A stretch of DNA of 64,000 nt. Source: Blastocladiella emersonii ATCC 22665. Its lineage: Eukaryota > Fungi > Blastocladiomycota. The notes under the pieces were generated by a model. The model had not been told where the DNA came from, ran no database searches, and saw nothing but the letters and a program-made list of their open reading frames with translations. The translations under genes and the position numbers were made by a program. Where the stretch lies: positions 744,001 to 808,000 of the forward strand of contig JANHCV010000010.1 in NCBI GenBank assembly GCA_025594325.1. Direction: 5' to 3'. Numbering within the stretch: the first letter of the stretch is position 1; each line of letters opens with the position of its first letter. Positions 55,319-64,000 of this stretch are shown piece after piece.

Positions 55319-55447
55319 CGAGGAGGGCGAATCATAGAGTTTGGCTAAACGCGTTCTTTACATAAGGGTAGGTCTGAGCGAGCTGTACGCGCGCAGCAAG
55401 TGGAGGGGGGAGGGCAAGACACACAAAACTGGACGAGTCAACACTGC

Positions 55448-56561
55448 TTACGCCTTCTTGGCGGCGGCCGAGTGCTTGGCGTAGGCGGCTTCGAGGTCAG
55501 CCACGTCGTCGGCCGAGCCGAGGAAGATGGGCGAGCGCATGTGAATCTTGTCGGGCTGAATGTCGAGGATCGGGGCGGTGCCCGTCGAGGCGCGGCCGCC
55601 GGCGTTCTCGAGGAGGAAGGCCATGGGGAAGCACTCGTAGAGGACGCGGAGCTTGCCGGACTTGGACTTGGCGTCGGCCGGGTACGCGAAGATGCCGCCG
55701 TAGAGGAGGGTGCGGTGGACGTCGGCGACCATGGACCCGACGTAGCGCGCCGAGTAGGGCGCGGGCTTGCCGTCGACCTTGCGGGCCTTGAGCGCGGCAA
55801 AGTACTCGGTGCAGGCCGCGTCCCAGTACACGGCGTTGCCCTCGTTGACCGAGTAGATCTTGCCGCGCGAGGGGACGCGGATGTTGGGGTGGGTCAGGAT
55901 GAACTCGCCGATGGTCGTGTCGAGCGTGTACCCGTTCACCTTGCCCGTGCCCGTCGACAGCACCAGGTTCGTGCTCGACCCGTACATGCAGTAGCCCGCG
56001 CACACCATCTCGCGGCCGGGGCGCAGCACCTGCGAGTCGACCGAGGCCGTCGCGTCCTTGTTGATTCGGTAGATCCCGAAGATGGTGCCGATCGAGACGC
56101 CGGCCTCGATGTTGGACGAGCCGTCGAGCGGGTCGAAGACCACCGCGTAGTGGTGCGAGCCCGAGTCGCGGTCCTTGGTCGGGACCACGATGATCTCCTC
56201 GTCCTCCTCGGAGACCATGACGCCGACCTTGCCCGACGACTTGAGCGAGTTGATGAAGATCTCGTTGGCCAGCACGTCCAGCTTCTTCTGGTCCTCGCCC
56301 TGCACGTTGGTCTCGCCGGCGAGGCCGGTGCTACGTTCGCGGTGACGTGCGGGGTCAGCAGACGACCGCACAGCGACAGCAGGGCGCAGCGTACAGGTTG
56401 ACGATACCGGCCTTGCGCACGCACGTGGCGACAAACTTGCACCCGAGCTGGATCGAGACGAGCAGCAGCGTCAGGTCGCCCGTCGCGTCCTTGTGAGCGC
56501 GCTGCTCGGCCAGCACGTGGCGCGACAGGGTGACGAGGTCGGTGCGGGTGTGGTCGCTCAT
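55448..56561 (-). CDS. FBP1: Fructose-1,6-bisphosphatase (intron 56331-56394)
   Basis: QKKLDVLANE, VFDPLDGSSNI, RYVGSMVADVHRTLLYGG, GKLRVLYECFPMAF. Confidence 0.97.
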
Positions 56562-56967
56562 GGTTTATATAATGGAATGCTACGTGGGAGTGGTGCGTGG
56601 TGCAGGAGAGGAGGCGGCGCGTGGGGGCGCGCTGGGTATTTGTAGGCCTCCTCCCCGCAGCCCCGCAGAGTCTATGCGCGCCGCCCAGCAGAAGCTGCAG
56701 CAGAAGATTATCAGCCGGCGTGCCACACCCACGGGCAGGCAGCAGCGGCGCGACGTGTTCCGGCCGCCGCCGACGAGGAACGCGTCGCCGCGGGCGCGAT
56801 GGGCGCATCGACCCGGGCCGCCCCGCGCGTTTCACCGTGGCGTGCAAGTCACCTGACCGCCGCCGCCGACGCGATCCGCCCGCCCCGCTTTGCGTTGCTT
56901 CGGCTCGCTCGGCCGGCTCTCCCCTCAACCGCCCCGCATGCTCATGTAATCTGCCCGCCCGACCGCC

Positions 56968-58251
<1,284 letters not shown>

Positions 58252-58453
58252 GTTGAATAGGTAATTCGCGGGACAGGGAACACAGCGAGCGCGATGGCGC
58301 GGCTCAAAACTGAACGAAAGCGGCTCGGCGGCAACCGGTCACCTGATGTCTCGCGCCGTCTCCCCTCCTTCGCGTCGCGTCGCGTCGTTGTGAGCAATCC
58401 AAACGTGTTTTTCTTTGCAAGGTTTAATGGCAGCAACAACAAGCAACATCATC

Positions 58454-59581
58454 TCAGAACACCATCGCGACAACCGCCGCGACGACCACCGCGGCCGCCG
58501 CCGACGGACCCGAGCGGGAGCCCGACGACGCCTGCGGGTCCGTCGACGCGGCGCCCTGCGCGCCCTCGACCGGGGCCGCCTGCGCGCCTTCGGCCGGAGG
58601 AGCCGCCTGCGCGCCCTCGGCGGGCGGAGCCGGGGCAGCGCCGCCCTCCGCGGGCGGGGCGGGAGCAGCACCGCCTTCGGCCGGAGGCGCAGCGGGGGCA
58701 CCCTCGCCGCCCGGAGCCGGAGCCGGGGCGGGGGTCTCGGTCGGCGCAGCGGGCGCGGCCGAGGCCGTCGTCGACGCGGACGCCGATTCGGTGGCCGAGG
58801 CCGCGGCGCTCGACGAGGAGCTCATGGCCATGGACGTGCTGGACGCCATGGGCGGCTGGTCGGCGGCGGGCGCCGAGGGCGCGGGGGCCGCGCTGGCGCC
58901 GCCGCCGGTGCCCTTCTTGCGCCAGCGCTTGCACACCTTGCGCTTCCCACCAGCAGCGCCGCCGCCCGCGTAGCCACCACCAGGTGCGGCAGCCGAGCCG
59001 CCCTTCTGCTTGAGCGTGACGGTCTGGAGGATCTGCCAGTTCTTACCGCCGGTCCCCGCGACGACGGCGCGGACCGTGAGGTCGCCCATCCCCGCGGCGG
59101 GCGCGGTCCACATGAGCTCGGCGCCGAGGGGCTTGTCGGCGGGCGAGGCGTGCGTGATGACCGAGTCGGTCTCGGCGGCGACCTGCAGCGCGCCGCACTT
59201 GTCGGTGTTGGACTTGAACCCCTCGGGGATCTTGAAGGTCCCGACGCGCTTCTTGGCGTCGTTGGCGGGCTCGACGTACAGCAGCAGGCCCTTGTGCGTC
59301 TTGGTCGCCGGGTTCTCCGACACGACTTTCATCATGATGGGCTTGCCCGGCTCGTACTCGGTCGTCGACGCCTCGAGCCTAGCGACGTGGGTTAGCAATG
59401 AGCGGATGGTGAGGAAGAGTGCGACTGAACCGTACTTGAACTTGAGGTCGCCCTGCGGCGGGCCCATGCCGGCCGTGATCTTCTGCTCGTTGACGGCGCA
59501 CGCGGGCGCACCGCCCGGGTTGGCCGCGGCCGTCGCGACCAGCGCGAGCAGGGCGAGGAGGATGGACTTGGTCGAGTGCAT
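58454..59581 (-). CDS. Secreted Reeler-domain protein, probably GPI-anchored (intron 59379-59435)
   Basis: Signal peptide; KGLLLYV...VGTF...ITHASPADK...WTAP; Ala/Pro/Ser stalk; hydrophobic C-terminus. Confidence 0.8.
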   Translation of the reverse strand: MHSTKSILLALLALVATAAANPGGAPACAVNEQKITAGMGPPQGDLKFKYGSVALFLTIRSLLTHVARLEASTTEYEPGKPIMMKVVSENPATKTHKGLLLYVEPANDAKKRVGTFKIPEGFKSNTDKCGALQVAAETDSVITHASPADKPLGAELMWTAPAAGMGDLTVRAVVAGTGGKNWQILQTVTLKQKGGSAAAPGGGYAGGGAAGGKRKVCKRWRKKGTGGGASAAPAPSAPAADQPPMASSTSMAMSSSSSAAASATESASASTTASAAPAAPTETPAPAPAPGGEGAPAAPPAEGGAAPAPPAEGGAAPAPPAEGAQAAPPAEGAQAAPVEGAQGAASTDPQASSGSRSGPSAAAAVVVAAVVAMVF

Positions 59582-60061
59582 TCTTGCGGGTCGGTCGGTC
59601 TCGAAGGGTTGTACACAGAGAATGGAGAGCTTCTGCAGCGAACCAGCGCGGCGAGAAGATGGAAAGGACAAGGGAGGGATAGGAGGAGGCCGAGGTCAAC
59701 TCTAGGCCGTGATGATGTATGAGTGGAGCAGGTCGGGGAGAGAGGAGGGGACGTGCAGAGGAAGGGGAGGCGGGCAGCCCGCCCGCCCGCCCGCTCGCTG
59801 TCCCCGGTCCCTGGGCGCAGCAGTCCCGCGCCTGCGCCACCACGAGCCACCTCCATTATCAGCTCTTGGACGCGCCCATTACGCCGCAAACCAAGCCGCT
59901 ACGGCTTGTCTGCGAGAAGGCAAAACTCATGAAGTGACGCGACGCGCCGCATTGATCGTAGTTGTGATCAAACGCGTGTGCGAGGCGACCGACGCGTCGG
60001 AGACAATGATGTGGAGGAAACGAAACGTGCAAATTTATGTACATGTAGCCACCACCCATCG

Positions 60062-62393
60062 TTAAACGGTCGGCATCTCGAAGCAGTTGAGCGGGAACGC
60101 GCCGTGCTTGACGGGCCGGCCGTTCATGTCGTAGAGCGTGCCGATCCCCCACCCATCGTCGAACTCGACCTCGATCGCGACCATGTCGCCGGCCGTCAGC
60201 TCGATCTCGTCGTCGCGCGTCGGCTTGTACGGGAACAGGACTACTTTGGCCTTGGACAGCGCCGCGTACTGCTGGTTGTGCTGCTCGGACCCCGCCGGCG
60301 ACGTGCCCATGACGCCCGCCGCGCTGCTCCCGCTGCTTGCCGCGGCCGGGGGAGACGGCGTGCGCGCGAGACTCCCGCGCTGGATCGCGTCGATGGCCGC
60401 GAGCCCGCTGAGACTCATCTCGCTGGCCAGCGACGCCATGTTGATGGGCGGCAGCAGCGACGGCCGGTTCGACACGTCGACCGGGTCGTACATGTACGAA
60501 GACCGGCGCTCGGTCGGCACCACGGGTGGCGGGCCCAGTTTCAGCGCCGAGCTCGGCGCGTCGCCCGAGAACAGCGACCCGACGCCGTGCTCGTTGACGA
60601 CAAACTGCTGCCCGTTCGCTAGCACGAACGAACCCGCGGGAATGTCGGGCGTCGACGTCTGGAACGCCGGCGCGAGCGAAATGGGCGCCGGCGGGATCGG
60701 CGACGGCATCGGCGAGTTCGAGTCGGGACCAGGACCGCGCGTCAGCAGCGGCTCGGCGCGGGACCGCGGCGACTGCGGCGCGTTGGCTGTCGCGCCGTAA
60801 GACGGGTTCGCGGCACCGTTGTTGCGGTACTGGTTGTTGGACGCGCTCGACGGCGCCGGCGACCCGCTAGCCGCGGCGCGCGACCGCGTGAGCGTGCCCA
60901 TGGGCGACGTCGGCATCTTGAAGGGCGCCGAGATCTGCGGCGGCGGGAGCATCGGCGTGACGGACGGACGGCGCTCCGTGATCCCCGGCTCGTTCATGTT
61001 GGGCATGTACGAGCGGAACATGTTGTCCGTGGCCGACGGCGCCGCGGAGCCCGACTTGCCGAACCCGAACCCGCCGCCAGACTCGGGCTTGCCTGCGGGA
61101 CCGATGGTCTCGCCGCGGCGGCGGCGGACCAGTACGACGGCGGCGAGCCCGACCGAGACGAGGAACACGATGCCGACGCTGAGCCCCGCCGCGACGCCCG
61201 GGCTGAATACGGTCGGCTCGGCCGCGGGCTCGCCGGCCTCCTTGGCCTGCCCGTCGGCCGACTTGCCCTCGCCCGCCTTATCATTGTCCTTGTCCTTGTC
61301 CTTGTCGCCCGTGGGCGGGAACTCGGAGCTGAAGCGCACCGGCGTGAAGCCCTTGAGCACCTCGGGGCAGTTGGGGACCGTCTTGCAGTCGTTGAGGCAG
61401 GCTTATGTACGCGCACGCGGCCCGAAGTCAGCGAGATGATCGACGTGACGAATGCGCGGAAAGAAACGCGTACCCTGGATTGGTGTCATGTAGCCGCACA
61501 AGTTGAGCTTGGCCTCGTTCATGGTGGCCGAGATGCAGTCGCGCGACGTGTCGTTGCGGTTGGTGACGGCCGTGGACCGGGCGAGGTAGTCGGCGACGCG
61601 CGAGGCCATCTCGGGCTTGGACGCCGGGTTGCACGACGGGTCGACGTCGAACTGCGCCTTGATGGCGTCGGCGAAGGTGATGGACACGCTCTTGCACAGG
61701 CCCGGCGGCCGCGGCAACTGCGCGCCGTTGCCCGTGGTCGCGACGGCGCTCACGTTGGTGCGCGTGCACGACTCCTGGAACCACACCTTGCCTGAGGGCA
61801 CCAGGAACCCGTAATTGATGATCCACTGGCACGCGTACGTGACCATGCCCGGGACGCCGTTGTTGGCGAACGGACACGCGCCCCACCGCTCCGCGACCTG
61901 CTGCGCGTTCCGCACGATGTACTTTTCGTACGCGGCGTCAAACTGCTCGGCCGACGTCAGGTTGCCGAGCCCGTCGGCCAGCAGCGGCGCCAGATCCGAC
62001 TGCGAGTTCTCGGGCTTGTTGAGCAGGAACAGCACGCCCGGCGCGATGTTGGTCGGCCCGAGGAACGCGGACGAGAAGCCTACCGTACGGCGCAGTCAAG
62101 GCTCGCGCGCGTGTCAGCTCATGAAAGCTCGCCGCGTGGCTGAAGTATGAAGTGAGCTTGAACGGACCTGAGCACCACTTGCTGCTGGCGAGCGAGTAGC
62201 CCTGGCACGTTCGTCCGGGCACGCCCGACTTGAACCCGGGCTCGAGGACCGCCTCGGTCGTCCCCGCGGCGAGCAGCAGGATAAGGGCGAGGAAGACGGC
62301 CGAGGCGGCGACCGTGGCGCCGTGGCGGTGGTCGTGCCGCGAGGGGCGGACCCACGACGGCACCGAGGAGGGACGGCGGCCGGCGGCGGTCAT
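60062..62393 (-). CDS. Single-pass membrane protein with Cys-rich ectodomain and C-terminal SH3 domain, multi-exon
   Basis: TM GVAAGLSVGIVFLVSVGLAAVVLV; SH3 FPYKPTRDDEIEL...EFDDGWGIG...GAFPLNC. Confidence 0.8.
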
Positions 62394-62843
62394 GGTGGAC
62401 GAAGGCGTGAGCGGCGCGGCGGCGACAGTTTCGAACGAAGTGATGGAGGTAGTGGTGCGAGATGCGGCCTGCGCGAGAGAACTGCCAGCGTTTGGATATG
62501 AGGTAGAGGGTCCAGCCCGAAGCGGTTGCACAAAGTCGTGCGCGAGTCGAGGAGCCGAACAAACGTTGCGAGCGGGGAGAGTGGAAAGAGGACCGATTCA
62601 AGGACGGCGGCGGCGACTCCCTGCGCAGTTCCCGAACAGGGTGGGCGATTTGATGAAATGGGTGATGAGCCACACGGGGCTTGCAGCCGACGCTGCGGAA
62701 TACGCGTTGAGCCACAGTCACGTGCGCTCACGTCACGCGCGAGACACGGTGTGAGACACTCGCCGACGCGTCCCCGCGGCGCGGATTCGGTTGGGAAAAG
62801 TCGGATTCACGCGTCTTTAACAGAACTCCACTAGTATACCACT

Positions 62844-63623
62844 TCAAATACCGCTCTCGGCGGCCGCGCGGTGCGCCGGGTGCTCGGCCCACCACGATCC
62901 GACGTCGACCTTGCCCGCGATCACAAAGTCGAGCATGCGCTCCAGCGTCACCGAGAGCGACTCGTTGTGCTCGACGGCAGCTGCAGCCGAGCGCTCGCCT
63001 GCCCGAGACGCCGTTGCCGAGGCAGGATGGGATGTTGGAGCGCGAGGTGAACCCGCGCGCGAGGCCGTGGGTGGCGCGTCTGCTTGAGCGTCGGAGGCCG
63101 GGTCAGCTTGGGCTTGGATCTCGACGGCAATCGGACACAGCGACACGACGCGATGGTGATGTTCGACGCGAAAGAGCCAGCGCTACAGGTAAGGTACGCG
63201 CGCAGCGCCCGGAGGGCTTGCTTATGTGAGCCGAGAAATAGACGCTGATCAGCTCGGCAGATCCAAGCGCCCGCGCCGATACAGCATCCCATCGGCTGTC
63301 TTGGCGACTATCGGCGCCAGGCGCGCCTCGCGGACTGAGCCACCATTGGCGCGCCGCGCCACGCCGGCGGAAACGGCTCGTACCTGCTCACCAGCCGATG
63401 TCTGGATGTGACGCCAGTAGCCGCGCGTCGTCGACGACGGGATTGGCTTCCCCATGCTCGGCTTGCTGAACGTCGTCTGGTACTGCGCGGGCCGCTCCGA
63501 CACGACGGCGAGCCCGTCGGCGGGCACGTTGATGGGCGTCGTGCTCATGGCCCACTCGCGCGACAGCTTGAGCGAGCCGAGGATCCGCTCAATGTCGGCG
63601 ATGGCTGATGCATGGTCTGTCAT
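62844..63623 (-). CDS. Uncharacterised multi-exon gene, possibly AKAP14/AKAP28-like
   Basis: IERIL...W...FSKPSMGKPIPSSTTRGYW weakly resembles the AKAP28 family; exon structure not resolved. Confidence 0.3.
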
Positions 63624-64000
63624 GGTGTCTTAACGCATGGGGTGCTTGAAGCTGGCGGGCGCGAGGTTCAGGGACCGAGGTTTGGAGGTGACGCGAGCGC
63701 GATGCGCCTGAATGGGAGACATTACTGGTCAAGTTAACGACGCGTCATTCACGACGCGTCGCTTCATTGTCGACAGGCGCGGAGCTCATGGGTCAGTATT
63801 CTAAAACGTGTCGCGGTATCAGGAAATCCCGGATGGCGTTTAATTTTCGCTGCAGCGGCGCCACCTGCGCCACCGCGCCACGCTTCACGTTGCCGTTGCG
63901 CCGCCCTTCCTCCTCGACGACACCGAACGACGCCATGGAGTTCGCTCGGACACACGGCCGATGTATCGCGCGCGCTGAAGCGCTAGAGACTTGTTCTTGC

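Overview
GC-rich, intron-containing eukaryotic DNA (short GTACG...CTRAC...YAG introns; FBP1, ALG5, TMA7, Afi1/MesA-like genes). It is most consistent with a zoosporic fungus such as Blastocladiomycota; the host assignment is inference. The main feature is a complete 16,582-bp endogenous Polinton-like DNA virus at 27246-43827. It has TG...CA ends, ~820-bp terminal inverted repeats and a 5-bp target-site duplication (GGCGT), and the empty site is visible in a second copy of the target gene at 721-725. It encodes a double-jelly-roll-type major capsid protein, penton, A32/FtsK-type packaging ATPase, fibre, a retroviral-type (rve) integrase, a tyrosine recombinase and an AEP primase fused to a UL9-like SF2 helicase; no protein-primed PolB was found. 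Each end is a perfect 26-bp palindrome. Most viral genes share a TGTTG-N8-TAA(A/C) motif just upstream of the start codon. The TIRs carry an origin-like inverted repeat with an AT-rich core, and a hairpin-containing tandem array lies between the recombinase and replicase genes. CpG-type D-to-N changes in the integrase and ATPase catalytic motifs suggest methylation-driven inactivation. The virus sits in one arm of a near-identical inverted segmental duplication of at least 4.3 kb. The rest of the window holds housekeeping genes, a tandem F-box-like gene/pseudogene pair and two spliced Cys-rich secreted peptide genes missed by the ORF track. All family assignments come from motif recognition by eye; no database search was run.
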